DNA of 64,000 nt from Hyphomicrobiales bacterium (GCA_046349195.1 JAXMCU010000010.1:42274-106273); one strand, 5' to 3'. Shown: positions 9,335 through 19,453, counted from the stretch's first letter. Notes: generated from the letters alone by a model not told the origin. A program made the numbers and translations.

Positions 9335-10891
9335 TCAGCCCTTGGCGGGGGCAGGAGCCCCCTCCTCCACATAGCGCGGAAAGATCGGCGCCGGCGCCGG
9401 CAGGTCGAGGCCGGATTTCAGCCGAACGGCGAGATCGGCAAAGCTGCGCCTGTCAGCGGGGACAGCGAGCAGGTCGAGCAGTTTTCCCGCAGACGCCGGG
9501 ATATAGGGCTGGGCCAGGAGGCCGACGATGCGAAGCACCTCCGCGGTGACATAGAGGACCGTATCCATGCGGGCTGGATCTGTCTTCTTCAGGGCCCAGG
9601 GTTCCTGACCGGCGAAATAGCGGTTGGCCTCCGCGACGACCTTCCAGATCGCGTCCAGCGCCTTGTTGATGGCATAGCTCTCGTGGGCGGCGCGGGCATC
9701 CTGCAGGATGGCGTCGGCCGCAGCTAGCATCTCGCTGTCGGCCGCGGATAGCGCGCCGCAGACCGGAACCTTGGCGCCGCAGTTCTTCGCGATCATCGAC
9801 AGTGATCGCTGCGCCAGGTTGCCCAGATCGTTCGCGAGGTCGGCATTGATGCGGCTCACGATCGACTCGTGGCTGTAGTTGCCATCCTGGCCGAAGGGCA
9901 CCTCGCGGAGGAAGAAGTAGCGTGTCTGGTCGACGCCATAGTCGCGCACGAGATCGGACGGCGAGACCACGTTTCCCACCGACTTGGACATCTTCTCGCC
10001 GCGGCTGAAGAGGAAGCCATGGACCACGATCTGGCGCGGCACCGGGAGGCCCGCAGACATCAGGAAGGCTGGCCAGTAGATCGCGTGAAAGCGCGTGATG
10101 TCCTTGCCGATCACATGGGCGTCGGCCGGCCAGAAGGCCGCCCTCGCGGCCTTCGGATCGGGAAAGCCCGTCGCAGAGAGATAGTTGGTGAGCGCGTCGA
10201 CCCACACATACATCACGTGCCGGGGATCTCCCGGAACCGGGATGCCCCAGTCGAAGGTGGTGCGGCTCACCGACAGGTCATTGAGGCCGCGCTTCACGAA
10301 GGCGACGATCTCGTTCTTGTAGTGCTCGGGGACGATGAAGTCAGGGCGCTCGGCATAGAGCTTCAGCAACGGCTCGGCATAGGCCGAGAGCCGGAAGAAG
10401 TAGCTTTCCTCCTCCACCCAGTCGACCGGGGTTCCGGTCTTGACCGCGAAGCGTCGGCCTTCGCGCACCTCCGTCTCGTCCTCGGCGTAGTAGGCCTCGT
10501 CACGAACCGAGTACCAGCCCGCGTATTTCGAAAGGTAGATGTCGCCCTTCTCGGCCATGCGGCGCCAGATTTCCTGCACCGAGATGCGGTGGCGTTCCGA
10601 CGTGGTGCGCAGGATGTCGTCGGCCCGTGCGTTCAGCTCCTCGCCCATGGCCTCGAATTGTGCGGCAGTCCGGTCGGCCAGCGCCTGGGCCGTCATGCCT
10701 TCACGGGCCGCCGTCTGCTGCATCTTCTGGCCATGCTCGTCCATGCCGGTCACGAAGAAGACGTCATGGCCATCGAGCCGCTTGAAGCGGGCGATGGCAT
10801 CGGTCGCAATCCGCTCGTAGGCGTGGCCGATGTGCGGGGCGCCATTGGCATAGGGAATGGCAGTCGTGATGTAGTACTTCGGTTTCGGCAT
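9335..10891 (-). CDS. metG: Methionine--tRNA ligase
   Basis: HIGH motif ([14 protein letters not shown]) and KMSKS motif ([10 protein letters not shown]). 518 aa. Confidence 0.95.
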   Translation of the reverse strand: MPKPKYYITTAIPYANGAPHIGHAYERIATDAIARFKRLDGHDVFFVTGMDEHGQKMQQTAAREGMTAQALADRTAAQFEAMGEELNARADDILRTTSERHRISVQEIWRRMAEKGDIYLSKYAGWYSVRDEAYYAEDETEVREGRRFAVKTGTPVDWVEEESYFFRLSAYAEPLLKLYAERPDFIVPEHYKNEIVAFVKRGLNDLSVSRTTFDWGIPVPGDPRHVMYVWVDALTNYLSATGFPDPKAARAAFWPADAHVIGKDITRFHAIYWPAFLMSAGLPVPRQIVVHGFLFSRGEKMSKSVGNVVSPSDLVRDYGVDQTRYFFLREVPFGQDGNYSHESIVSRINADLANDLGNLAQRSLSMIAKNCGAKVPVCGALSAADSEMLAAADAILQDARAAHESYAINKALDAIWKVVAEANRYFAGQEPWALKKTDPARMDTVLYVTAEVLRIVGLLAQPYIPASAGKLLDLLAVPADRRSFADLAVRLKSGLDLPAPAPIFPRYVEEGAPAPAKG

Positions 10892-10915
10892 CTCGAATTC
10901 GATCTTACGGGTGGA

Positions 10916-11941
10916 TCAGGAGGCCTTCAGGGCCTCGTCAAGCCGCAGCAGCGCATCCGTAACTGTCTGACGGCGGTCGAGATTTAGGGCATCTGCCTGG
11001 CGAAGGGAATAGACGATGTCATCATGGGCGCGGGCCAGCCCGTCGCCCCTGCCCTGAACGGCCGCCTCTCGGGCCTGGCCGGCCACCCAGCCGGTCAACA
11101 ACTCGCAGAAGACCTGATAGTCCTCGGGCAACATGGTCCGCCCGCCGAAGGCCGCGGCGACCTCGACGGCCCGCGCGGGCGAAAGGCCACGCCGCCCCCG
11201 CAGCTCGACGAAGGCTGCGGCACCGCGTGACGACAGCAGTTCGAGTGCCCGGCCGGGACTTCCCCGCGAGAGGCTTGCGGCCGACTCGAGACCGGCGCCA
11301 TCGGCCGAGATGGCGGCTTCGGGCAGGCTGTGCAGCGTCTGCAGGACCCCGGCCTCCGGCAAGGGTTCGAGCCGGAGGTGCAGGCAGCGCGACCGGATCG
11401 TGCGCAGCAAGGTGCCCGGATTGTGGCTGACGATCAGCACGATGCTGCGTGGCGGCGGTTCCTCGATCATCTTCAACAGAGCATTCGCAGAGGACAGGTT
11501 GAGGTCGTCCGCCGTATCCACCACCACGATGCGCCAGCCCCCGGTTGCGGAGGTCATGGTTACGAAGCCAATGGCCTCTCGCGCATCGTCCACCGAGATC
11601 TCGGTCTTCAACCGCTTCGTCTTCGGATCGACCCTGCGCTGAAGGAGGAAAACATTGGGGTGGGCACCGGCGGCGAGCTGGTGGGCCGTCTCCGAGTCGC
11701 CTGGAACAGCCAGGGTATTGGGTGACCAGTGTCCGGGTGGCTGCGCCAGGTAGCGCGCCATGCGGAAGGCCAGCGTTGCCTTGCCCACGCCCCGCGGCCC
11801 GGAAATGAGCCAGGCGTGATGCAGTTTTCCCGCCTGGACGGCGCGCAGCAGCCTGGCCTCAGCCTCTTCGTGCCCATAGAGCACGAGCCGCCGGCGCGGA
11901 TGCCATGGTGTTTCGCGGGGGTCCTTGTCGTCGTCCGCCAT
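10916..11941 (-). CDS. holB: DNA polymerase III subunit delta'
   Basis: Degenerate P-loop (GPRGVGKATLAFRMARYL) and clamp-loader box (SRC: RSRCLHLRL). tmk-holB synteny. Confidence 0.85.
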   Translation of the reverse strand: MADDDKDPRETPWHPRRRLVLYGHEEAEARLLRAVQAGKLHHAWLISGPRGVGKATLAFRMARYLAQPPGHWSPNTLAVPGDSETAHQLAAGAHPNVFLLQRRVDPKTKRLKTEISVDDAREAIGFVTMTSATGGWRIVVVDTADDLNLSSANALLKMIEEPPPRSIVLIVSHNPGTLLRTIRSRCLHLRLEPLPEAGVLQTLHSLPEAAISADGAGLESAASLSRGSPGRALELLSSRGAAAFVELRGRRGLSPARAVEVAAAFGGRTMLPEDYQVFCELLTGWVAGQAREAAVQGRGDGLARAHDDIVYSLRQADALNLDRRQTVTDALLRLDEALKAS

Positions 11942-12562
11942 CTAGATGCGCTCGCTCACGATCGACCATACGCTCTCTGCGACGTCCTCGACGCTGCCCG
12001 CGGCATCGACGAGGCGGCAGCGTGCGGGGTTGCGGCGCATGATATCGAGGAACCCATCGCGCAGCCTTCGGTGAAAGGCGATACCCTTGCGTTCGTAGCG
12101 GTCCTCTCCCTCGCCCCGTTGCCGCGCACGATCGAGGCCGGCTTCCGGGTCGAGATCAAAAATCAGCGTGAGATCCGGTTTCGTGCTGCCTACAACCTCC
12201 GCCTCCAGCGCGTCGATCAGCGACATGCTGCATCCTCCGGCATAGCCCTGATAGGCCCGCGTCGAGTCCATGAAGCGGTCGCACAGGACGACATGGCCCT
12301 TGGCGAGGGACGGACGAATGAGCTGTTTCAAGTGCGCGTCGCGGGCGGCGTAGTTGAGAAGCGCCTCGGCCGTGGGCGACCAGAGTGCCACGTCTCCAGA
12401 CACCAGCAGACGGCGAAGGTCCTCGGCGGCCGGCGTCCCGCCTGGCTCTCGGGTCAATGTCACCGTCCGACCGATCGACTGAAGCTGTGCAGCGAGCCGG
12501 GCGACCTGTGTCGACTTGCCCGTGCCCTCGCCGCCCTCGAAGGTGATGAACGTGCCCGGCAT
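11942..12562 (-). CDS. tmk: Thymidylate kinase
   Basis: P-loop (FEGGEGTGKSTQ) and DRF/DR motif (CDRFMDSTRAYQG). Abuts the holB start. Confidence 0.92.
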   Translation of the reverse strand: MPGTFITFEGGEGTGKSTQVARLAAQLQSIGRTVTLTREPGGTPAAEDLRRLLVSGDVALWSPTAEALLNYAARDAHLKQLIRPSLAKGHVVLCDRFMDSTRAYQGYAGGCSMSLIDALEAEVVGSTKPDLTLIFDLDPEAGLDRARQRGEGEDRYERKGIAFHRRLRDGFLDIMRRNPARCRLVDAAGSVEDVAESVWSIVSERI

Positions 12563-12563
12563 G

Positions 12564-13724
12564 TCAGCTGCCGAAGACCATGATCAGCAGGCTGTCGAGG
12601 GCGCGCGACCACATGTTTTCCTCAACGGCAACGTCCTCGGCGGTTTCCACGGGAACCTCGGCGATGATGATCCCATCGATCAGGAACCGCATCTTCCCTA
12701 CCTTTTCGCCCGCCTTCACCGGAGCCATCAGCGGTCCGTCATAGGCAAGCTTGACCTCGACCATCTGCTGCTCCGCGGCCGACAGGGACACCGACACGGA
12801 GTCAGACGCCACCAGCCGGACGTGGCGCTTGACGCCGCCCCACACGGTCGCCCGGCTCACCCTTTCACCCTTCTGATAGACGTCGAAGGTCTTGAACTGT
12901 CGGAAGCCCCAATCCAGAAGCTTCTGTGCCTCGGCCTTGCGTTCGTTGATCGAGGCGGCCCCGGCGAGGACCATGATCAGTCGCCGTTGGCCCTGGACCG
13001 CAGACCCGACAAGGCCATAGCCAGACTCCTTGGTGTAGCCGGTCTTCATGCCGTCGGCGCCGGCGTAGTCCTTGAGCAATGGATTGCGGTTCGATTGCTT
13101 GATGTTATTCCAGGTGAAGTCCGGCTGGCTGTAGTAGTGATAGTATTCTGGAAACGTGGTGATGATGTAGCGCGCCATGCCGGCAAGGTCGCGGACACTC
13201 ATGCGGTGATCAGGGTCTGGCAGGCCCGTCGCGTTGCGAAATTCGGCTGTCTTGAACCCCAGCTCATGCGCCCTCTGCGTCATCCGGGCGGCGAAGGCCG
13301 GCTCGGTTCCAGCCATGGCTTCCGCGATCGCGATGCAGGCGTCGTTGGCGGACTGGACGATCACGCCCTGGATCAGATCGGACAGCTTCACCTGAGAATT
13401 CAGGTCCGCATACATGGTGGACCCGCCGGACGAGGCGCCGCCACGGCGCCAGGCGTCCTCGCTGACGAGGATCTCCTGGTCCAGCTTCATCTTTCCCGCC
13501 TTCAGCGCTTCGAAGACCATGATCATGGTCATGAGCTTGCTCATGCTGGCGGGGGGGATGAGCGTGTCGGCGCCCTTCTCGAAGAGAACCTTGCCGGTTC
13601 GCGCATCGATCAGGATGGCGTAGGGGATGGGGGTCTCGAAGGGCGCATCCTGCGCGCGCAGGTTTCCGATCGCGGTGACGACCATCACCAGCGCGACCAG
13701 ACCCAACGAAAGGAACCGATTCAT
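12564..13724 (-). CDS. D-alanyl-D-alanine carboxypeptidase (PBP5/6 family)
   Basis: Signal peptide, then SxxK (ASMSKLMT), SxN (QSANDA) and KTG (MKTGYT) motifs. Confidence 0.87.
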   Translation of the reverse strand: MNRFLSLGLVALVMVVTAIGNLRAQDAPFETPIPYAILIDARTGKVLFEKGADTLIPPASMSKLMTMIMVFEALKAGKMKLDQEILVSEDAWRRGGASSGGSTMYADLNSQVKLSDLIQGVIVQSANDACIAIAEAMAGTEPAFAARMTQRAHELGFKTAEFRNATGLPDPDHRMSVRDLAGMARYIITTFPEYYHYYSQPDFTWNNIKQSNRNPLLKDYAGADGMKTGYTKESGYGLVGSAVQGQRRLIMVLAGAASINERKAEAQKLLDWGFRQFKTFDVYQKGERVSRATVWGGVKRHVRLVASDSVSVSLSAAEQQMVEVKLAYDGPLMAPVKAGEKVGKMRFLIDGIIIAEVPVETAEDVAVEENMWSRALDSLLIMVFGS

Positions 13725-13791
13725 CCGACCTGCCTTGCCCCGCCACCAAGGCTAGTGGCCCCGCAGACGGATTGCAACGCGAAGCGTGCGA

Positions 13792-14808
13792 CTATTGCAG
13801 GGCCGCCTGCTGGGACTGGGCCTGGACGAGATGGGAATCCGGATAGCCAGAGGCCACAGCACTTTCCAGCGCCGTCTGGGCGTCGTCCGCGGTCGTGATC
13901 GGGCCCAGGCGCACCCGGTAGATGGTTCCGGCATTGCCGGACATTTCGATGAACTGGACCGGCCATGTATTGGCAAACGACTCCCGCGCCCGCTCGGCAT
14001 TGTCGTAGTCGGCAAAGGAACCAACCTGGACGAAATAGGAGGTTTCCGCGAAAGCGGGCTGAGCGGCCGGCGTGGGTGCCGGCGGGGAATAGGCGGCAAG
14101 CTGGACATCGGCCGCCTTGGCCTTGCGCGGCTTCTGGGGAGGCGGCGCCACCTCGGCAACCTGGACGTCGTCGCCCGTTGCCTTGCCCCTGTGCCGGTCT
14201 GCCGCGGCAATCATCCGGCGCATGGAGGTGCCGCGCTCGAGTTCGGCGTTCATGGCCATCAGGTGAGATCCGTCATCGTCCAGCGGAGCCGGGCCGATGT
14301 ATTGGACCCTGACATCGGCCTTGCCCTTCGACTTGAACTCGAGAAGTTGGGCTGTCTGCCGCGATACGTCGATGATGCGGGTTCCGACGAAGGGCCCGCG
14401 GTCATTCACACGGACGACGACCTCGCGGCCATTGTCGAGATTGGTGACCTTCACGTAGCTCGGAAGCGGCAGCGTGGCATGCGCCGCGGTCAGGCGGTTC
14501 ATGTCGAACCATTCGCCATTGGAGGTGCGGCGGCGGTTGAAGTCCTCGCCGTACCAGGAGGCCACGCCGGTCTTGTCGTAGTTCGGCTGTTCCTTGGGAA
14601 CGAAGGTGCGTCCGGCGACCTGATAGGGCTTTCCCACATGATAGCGGCCACCGCCCCAGGGAACGGGCCCCTTGCCCTTGTAGACCGGGCTGCCGGTACC
14701 CGCGAAGGGATCGAGTGCCGCCTTCTTCTCAGTCTTCGCGCAGCCGGCCAGCGCGATGCCGACGGCAACCAGAAGCACCGGAACGATTCCCAACCCACGC
14801 ATCGCCAC
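13792..14808 (-). CDS. rlpA: Septal ring lytic transglycosylase RlpA-family lipoprotein with C-terminal SPOR domain
   Basis: Lipobox (IALAGC), a DPBB core (ASWYGEDFNRRRTSNGEWFD...VKVTNLDNGREVVVRVNDRGP) and a C-terminal SPOR-like segment (YFVQVGSFADYDNAERA). Confidence 0.85.
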   Translation of the reverse strand: MAMRGLGIVPVLLVAVGIALAGCAKTEKKAALDPFAGTGSPVYKGKGPVPWGGGRYHVGKPYQVAGRTFVPKEQPNYDKTGVASWYGEDFNRRRTSNGEWFDMNRLTAAHATLPLPSYVKVTNLDNGREVVVRVNDRGPFVGTRIIDVSRQTAQLLEFKSKGKADVRVQYIGPAPLDDDGSHLMAMNAELERGTSMRRMIAAADRHRGKATGDDVQVAEVAPPPQKPRKAKAADVQLAAYSPPAPTPAAQPAFAETSYFVQVGSFADYDNAERARESFANTWPVQFIEMSGNAGTIYRVRLGPITTADDAQTALESAVASGYPDSHLVQAQSQQAALQ

Positions 14809-14916
14809 TCACTCCACGCACGAGGCCAGCCGTCCCGGGGCGTGTCAATTTTCCCACAGCACAAGTCTTTGCGCCGCGAGCGTAAACATCGGGTTTGGGA
14901 AGATGGTTAACGAAAC

Positions 14917-15705
14917 CTACTGCGACTGGGCCTGTGGCGCGGGTGCCGAGAGACGGTCGATATTGGCCTGGGCCGAGGCGACGCCCTTGGCCAGGGCCTG
15001 GCGGTAGAGGTCCAGGGCCTTGTCGCGATTGGGCGCCGTACCCCAGCCCATTTCGTACATGCCACCCAGATTGTTCAGGCCCCAGCCGTCGCCCTGGGCG
15101 GCGGCACGGTCAAACAGCTTGAAGGCCTCGACCAGGTCGCGGTCCAAGCCCTTTCCGTTCAGATACATCATGCCAAGATTGTTCTCGGCCTCCGCGAGCT
15201 TGAGATCGGCGGCCTTGCGGTACCAGTCCGCCGCCTTGGCCAGATCGACCGCGGCGCCCTGCCCCGTCTGATAGATCACACCCAGGGCGTTCATGGCCGG
15301 GGCATAACCCTTGATTGCGGCGTCGGTGAACAGCTTCAGGCCCGTCGCCGGGTCCTTCTTCAGGCCCTTTGCGCCCTTGGTCACCAGGCGCGCCAGCCGG
15401 TACTGGGCCTCCACCTGTCCCTGGAGCGCGGCCTGCCGGTACCAGCGCGCGGCCTCGGCCTCGTCGACGGCACCCTCGCGTCCGGATTCATAGGCGAGGC
15501 CCACGGCAAATTGCGCGTCGACATCGCCCACTTTCGCCAGTTTCAACTGCTTGTCGAAGGGAACGGCCTCGATGGTCTGCGCCGCAAGGGGAAGCGGAGT
15601 CAGCAGCAGTGCTGCCAGCAGCGTCAGGGTCAGGGGCCTCTTCACGATCACGCACACTAGTCGGACCCGGGAATGCTTCCAAGCCCCCCGATGGTGCAGC
15701 CGCAT
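14917..15705 (-). CDS. Sel1-repeat (SLR/TPR-like) secreted protein
   Basis: Repeated Sel1 units (AQFAVGLAYESG...ARWYRQAALQG, AMNALGVIYQTG..., AENNLGMMYLNG..., GLNNLGGMYEMG...). The signal-like segment KRPLTLTLLAALLLTPLPLAAQ suggests the true start may be one of the GTGs at 15645-15657. Confidence 0.7.
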   Translation of the reverse strand: MRLHHRGAWKHSRVRLVCVIVKRPLTLTLLAALLLTPLPLAAQTIEAVPFDKQLKLAKVGDVDAQFAVGLAYESGREGAVDEAEAARWYRQAALQGQVEAQYRLARLVTKGAKGLKKDPATGLKLFTDAAIKGYAPAMNALGVIYQTGQGAAVDLAKAADWYRKAADLKLAEAENNLGMMYLNGKGLDRDLVEAFKLFDRAAAQGDGWGLNNLGGMYEMGWGTAPNRDKALDLYRQALAKGVASAQANIDRLSAPAPQAQSQ

Positions 15706-15891
15706 GGTTCGTTCCCTTCCCTCGACGTCGCGATGCCATCCCGGCGCCGGCAAGCCTCTTGCCAAGCCGTTCCAGTCCCTGCCCCCTGCACCGGCTGCGC
15801 CCGCCATGGCGCGGGGCAGTCCCGTGGCCCATGCACGTTGCCCGACAGTGCGGCATCCGGTAAGCTGAACTCACCTTCAGAGGAGCGACCG

Positions 15892-16659
15892 ATGGGCAAC
15901 GTCACCAATCTCAAGACCTCTCCGATTGTAGAAGCGGACGAGTGGCAATTGCGTGTCGACCTTGCGGCGGCTTTTAGACTTGCCGTCCACTTCGACTGGC
16001 ACGAGGGCGTGGCCAACCATCTGAGTCTGGCCGTATCGCCTGACGGAACCAAGTTCCTCATGAATCCGCGCTGGCGGCATTTCTCGCGGATCAAGGCATC
16101 GGACCTGCTGCTGCTGGATTCGAATGACCAGGGCACGATGAATCGGCCGGATGCCCCAGATCTTACGGCATGGTGCCTGCATGGCCGGCTTCATGCGGCT
16201 CTGCCGCAGGCGCGCTGCATCGTGCATCTGCATCCGCCTTATGGCACGGCCATTGCCTCCTTGGCCGATCCCGAGATCAAGCCGATCGACCAGAACACCG
16301 CCCGCTTCTACAACCGCATTGCCTTCGACATGGACTATGGCGGCATGGCCAACAGCAACGAGGAAGGCGACCGGCTGGCGCGGCTGATGGGCAACAAGCA
16401 GATCATGATGATGGGCAACCACGGGATACTCGTCTGCGCCGCGACCGTCGCCGAAGCCTTTGACCTGACCTATTATCTGGAACGGGCCTGCCGCAATCTG
16501 GTCCTGTCCTACCAGACCGGCCAGAAGCTGCATGTGATGACACCCGCGGTGGCCGAGAAGACGGCGCAGGAATGGGAGGCGGACCGCGAGCAGTTCATTT
16601 CCCACTTCGATGAGATGAAGCGGATCCTGGACACGCAGGACCCAAGCTACGCTGAGTAA
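15892..16659 (+). CDS. Class II aldolase/adducin-domain protein
   Basis: 255 aa from ATG 15892, with a GAGGAG Shine-Dalgarno upstream. Motifs: HLHPPYGTAIA and MMGNHGILVCAATVAEAF. The upstream part of the track ORF is not protein-like. Confidence 0.8.
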   Translation: MGNVTNLKTSPIVEADEWQLRVDLAAAFRLAVHFDWHEGVANHLSLAVSPDGTKFLMNPRWRHFSRIKASDLLLLDSNDQGTMNRPDAPDLTAWCLHGRLHAALPQARCIVHLHPPYGTAIASLADPEIKPIDQNTARFYNRIAFDMDYGGMANSNEEGDRLARLMGNKQIMMMGNHGILVCAATVAEAFDLTYYLERACRNLVLSYQTGQKLHVMTPAVAEKTAQEWEADREQFISHFDEMKRILDTQDPSYAE

Positions 16660-16670
16660 GGCGCCTCGTC

Positions 16671-16698
16671 TTGACGCGGGCTTCGCCTTTGCTACAAG
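16671..16698 (+). promoter_or_regulatory. Candidate sigma-70 promoter for tRNA-Ser (TTGACG - 16 nt - TACAAG)
   Basis: Hexamers read by eye about 22 nt upstream of the mature tRNA 5' end. No experimental support. Confidence 0.3.
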
Positions 16699-16719
16699 CC
16701 AAGGCAGCGCATCCGGTCC

Positions 16720-16809
16720 GGAGGGGTGGCAGAGCGGTCGATTGCGGCGGTCTTGAAAACCGTTGAAGGTGAAAGCCTTCCGGGGGTTCGAATCCCTCCC
16801 CCTCCGCCA
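16720..16809 (+). tRNA. tRNA-Ser (anticodon UGA)
   Basis: 90 nt. The 7-bp acceptor stem GGAGGGG pairs with CCCCTCC. D-loop GCAGAGCGGTC, anticodon loop CTTGAAA, long variable arm, T-loop GGGGGTTCGAATCCCTC, encoded CCA. Confidence 0.9.
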
Positions 16810-16879
16810 CGAACCAAGCTGTTCCGCGCTCTGACCAACCTTGGCGTCGGCTGTGCTTGGGTTCATCCAGGAGACCGCG

Positions 16880-17410
16880 TTGTCCACGGGCTTGTCCACC
16901 TTCACGATCAATCGCGCGCCGGTCCTGACGTTGTGGGGAACAATCGTCGCCGAGCGACTCGGATTCGATCATGACGAGGCGCTGACCCTGGGCCGCGCCG
17001 TTGCGGGGCTCAACGCCTATGCGAAGGGCAAGCGTCTCGGCCTGTTCAAGCCGTCGCATGACGATCTGCGCAAGAAGCGATCCGAAGGGGTGGCGGGTAC
17101 CTTCGATGTGGAACTCTTGCATCGGGCTGTTCCCGTCGTTATGACGCCGGGCGGGATCAGAGCCTTGCCGAAGGGCAAGCCAACCGCGCCCGAGAGCGTC
17201 GAGACCTATCTGGCAAGCAAGTTCGGGGAGCACCTCGTTCCGACCGAACAGGCCATGGCCCGTCTCTCCAAGTCCTATGCACCGGCGGAGCTGGCCGATG
17301 TGGCCTTCCGTCTCTACGAATCCTTCCGACCCGATGTTCCAGCCGGTGTCGAGGGCTGGGGGGCCTCAGGAGTCCTCGACCTCGCGAAGATCAGATCCGC
17401 CGCCGGGTGA
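16880..17410 (+). CDS. Conserved hypothetical protein (no family recognised)
   Basis: Coding-like composition. TTG 16880 is preceded by AGGAGA; the alternative is TTG 16841 (track ORF). It starts only 31-70 nt after the tRNA. Confidence 0.5.
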   Translation: MSTGLSTFTINRAPVLTLWGTIVAERLGFDHDEALTLGRAVAGLNAYAKGKRLGLFKPSHDDLRKKRSEGVAGTFDVELLHRAVPVVMTPGGIRALPKGKPTAPESVETYLASKFGEHLVPTEQAMARLSKSYAPAELADVAFRLYESFRPDVPAGVEGWGASGVLDLAKIRSAAG

Positions 17411-17518
17411 TGGCACAGACCGCTTGCGCTTGGTACTATGGCCACGGGATGCGGATCAACGCGGGTATCGGCTGGCTCTGTGCGCGGTCGAATGAAAGGT
17501 TCCATGAAGAACGTATGG

Positions 17519-17890
17519 TCAGCACCCGTCGCCGCCGCCGCCAAATTCGGCTTTCTTGAAGTTGTAGCCGAAGTCGCAGAGATAATCGGCGGCCGTCTTG
17601 CCCTTGATGCAGTGCATGCCACTCTCGTCGAACTTCTCGACCTCGCCGGTGCATTCCTGCATTTCACCCTTGCCTGCCATGCCGTCATAGATGGCCTTGG
17701 CCGACTTGCCCGTGATCTCGAAAATCAGCTGGCAATCGGGCGATGTGGTTCCCTTCGCGCAAGTCTCGGCGTCGAGATAGACACTCCCACCCAGCTTGAC
17801 CTTGGCAGGTTCGGCCGCGAGGACGGCGGAATCTGAGACCGCAATAGCCGCCAACACCAGGAGATGTCTTGTTTTCGAGAACCGCATCAT
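17519..17890 (-). CDS. Small secreted cysteine-rich protein (hypothetical)
   Basis: ATG 17890 (or 17887) follows a GGAGG. Signal peptide MMRFSKTRHLLVLAAIAVSDSAVLAA. The mature part has 6 Cys and ends GGGGDGC. Confidence 0.55.
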   Translation of the reverse strand: MMRFSKTRHLLVLAAIAVSDSAVLAAEPAKVKLGGSVYLDAETCAKGTTSPDCQLIFEITGKSAKAIYDGMAGKGEMQECTGEVEKFDESGMHCIKGKTAADYLCDFGYNFKKAEFGGGGDGC

Positions 17891-18113
17891 CGCCTCCACT
17901 CAGAGCCTTGTATACATTAGACGTTGAAGCTGTCTCCGACAATGGAGCGGACCGGGGCGCAGTTCGCGAGACAGTTCACAATCCCTTAGCCGATCGGCTT
18001 GCAATTCCCGGCATCCCTGAACGCGTTGACAATCATGTTTCGATCGGTCGGTCGCCGCAACCGGCGGAATGAGCTAGGGTCCGGTCGATTGATCCCTTGA
18101 CGTGGAGTTGCAG

Positions 18114-18494
18114 ATGGCTGCCCTGATCGCACAAGACGAGTCATCAGGGGAGTGCCGGAAGGCAGCGCGTGAACAGGTGTGCATGGCGGGCCGCCTGGTC
18201 ACCACCTGGCAGCGCTACGGATTTTCCGTGGAGGTCTGCGACGTCAGCCTGTTCGGCGCGCGGATCCGTGTGGATTCCGTGCAGCAGCTTCCCCCGACAT
18301 TCGAACTGTGGCTCGACGGACTTGGGATCGTGCATCCCTGTCGCATCGCCTGGCGCCGCAAGGGCGAGATAGGTGTGGAATTCACAGGACATCCGGCTCG
18401 GGCGACCACCAGGGTTCAATCGGGGTTTCGCCATTTCGCCGATGACCGCTCGCCGCAATCACCGCAGCTGGAGAGCGACCCACATCAGCCGTAG
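18114..18494 (+). CDS. Single-domain PilZ protein (putative c-di-GMP receptor)
   Basis: RxxxR (RKAAR) is followed about 24 aa later by DxSxxG (DVSLFGARI). ATG 18114 is preceded by GGAG; the track start is GTG 18102. Confidence 0.55.
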   Translation: MAALIAQDESSGECRKAAREQVCMAGRLVTTWQRYGFSVEVCDVSLFGARIRVDSVQQLPPTFELWLDGLGIVHPCRIAWRRKGEIGVEFTGHPARATTRVQSGFRHFADDRSPQSPQLESDPHQP

Positions 18495-18504
18495 CGGGCG
18501 GCCG

Positions 18505-18942
18505 TCAGCCGCCGGCGCCGAACTTGCGGACTGCCAGATCCTTGGCGAAGTCGCAGCGGCGGGCAATCTGCGCCTTGTCCTTCTCGGCGCGGAACTCGGC
18601 GCGAACACCGATTTCGTAGCCAAGCAGATAGGCGCGGGCGATTTCTGCCGCGGCCTCCGCTTCGGCCTTTGAAAGGGTCGAGTCGGAGAGTTTCTGCAGG
18701 GTGTAGTCCACGGAATTCGGGAGCTCCGCCGAAACGGCGTCAGCCATGTCGTCCTCGCCGCATTCCTGCAGGAACAGCATGACCCGCATCCGCTGAATGT
18801 GCTCACTCAGATAGAGCGCACCCAGATCGGTCCCGGCGCGAAAGGCATCGGTGTCCCCCGGTGCGGCATGCGACTGCGAGGCGGCGGTCCAGATCAAGGC
18901 GGCGGCCGCCGCAAACGAAAGACAAAGTCGGCGCATGATCAT
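18505..18942 (-). CDS. Secreted helical hypothetical protein
   Basis: ATG 18942 has an AGGA Shine-Dalgarno. Signal peptide MIMRRLCLSFAAAAALIWTAASQSHA. No family recognised. Confidence 0.5.
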   Translation of the reverse strand: MIMRRLCLSFAAAAALIWTAASQSHAAPGDTDAFRAGTDLGALYLSEHIQRMRVMLFLQECGEDDMADAVSAELPNSVDYTLQKLSDSTLSKAEAEAAAEIARAYLLGYEIGVRAEFRAEKDKAQIARRCDFAKDLAVRKFGAGG

Positions 18943-19060
18943 TCCTGTTGGGTCGCGCATCACCGGTGAACGCGACGTCGGGCTACGAACGCGGAGAGTG
19001 TGGGCCAGTCGCGACCGAAGATCAATCGTCGCTTGCGCCAGCGCCTGGGGCGCCTGCAGC

Positions 19061-19261
19061 TCAAAAATAGACGTCGAGCGAGACCAGGATGACAAGGGTG
19101 GCCGCGGCAATCAGCACCGTCAGGCCAATGTCCGACAGCGAAACTCGGCGATCAGGCGCCGTGTCGAAACGGAAGCCGGCGACGGCCTGGCGCTTCGGTT
19201 TGGGGCCCTGGCGAAAGCCGGGCGCGAGCATGTCGTTCGAGCGGTAGAGCGCGAAGGCCAT
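19061..19261 (-). CDS. Small (66 aa) C-terminally anchored membrane protein (hypothetical)
   Basis: ATG 19261 sits 5 nt after GGGAGGG. A basic N-terminal half precedes a single C-terminal TM helix (IGLTVLIAAATLVILVSL). Confidence 0.4.
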   Translation of the reverse strand: MAFALYRSNDMLAPGFRQGPKPKRQAVAGFRFDTAPDRRVSLSDIGLTVLIAAATLVILVSLDVYF

Positions 19262-19393
19262 GGTGACCCTCCCAATATCCTATGTTCGCAATCAATCTAA
19301 ACCTATCCGCATTAAGGTTGAGTGCTCAAATTTACCTAAGATTTGGTGTAAACAGCCGCACTCGCGCACACGGGCCGGCTGTAGGACTCCCTC

Positions 19394-19436
19394 AAGAAAA
19401 GAGCCGGGCCCACCGCGCAAACGGCAGGCCCGGCTC
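19394..19436 (-). terminator. Rho-independent terminator downstream of the HdeD-family gene
   Basis: On the minus strand: GAGCCGGGCC, a 16-nt loop, GGCCCGGCTC, then TTTTCTT. Confidence 0.6.
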
Positions 19437-19453
19437 AAGCGGTTCGCGGCGGA

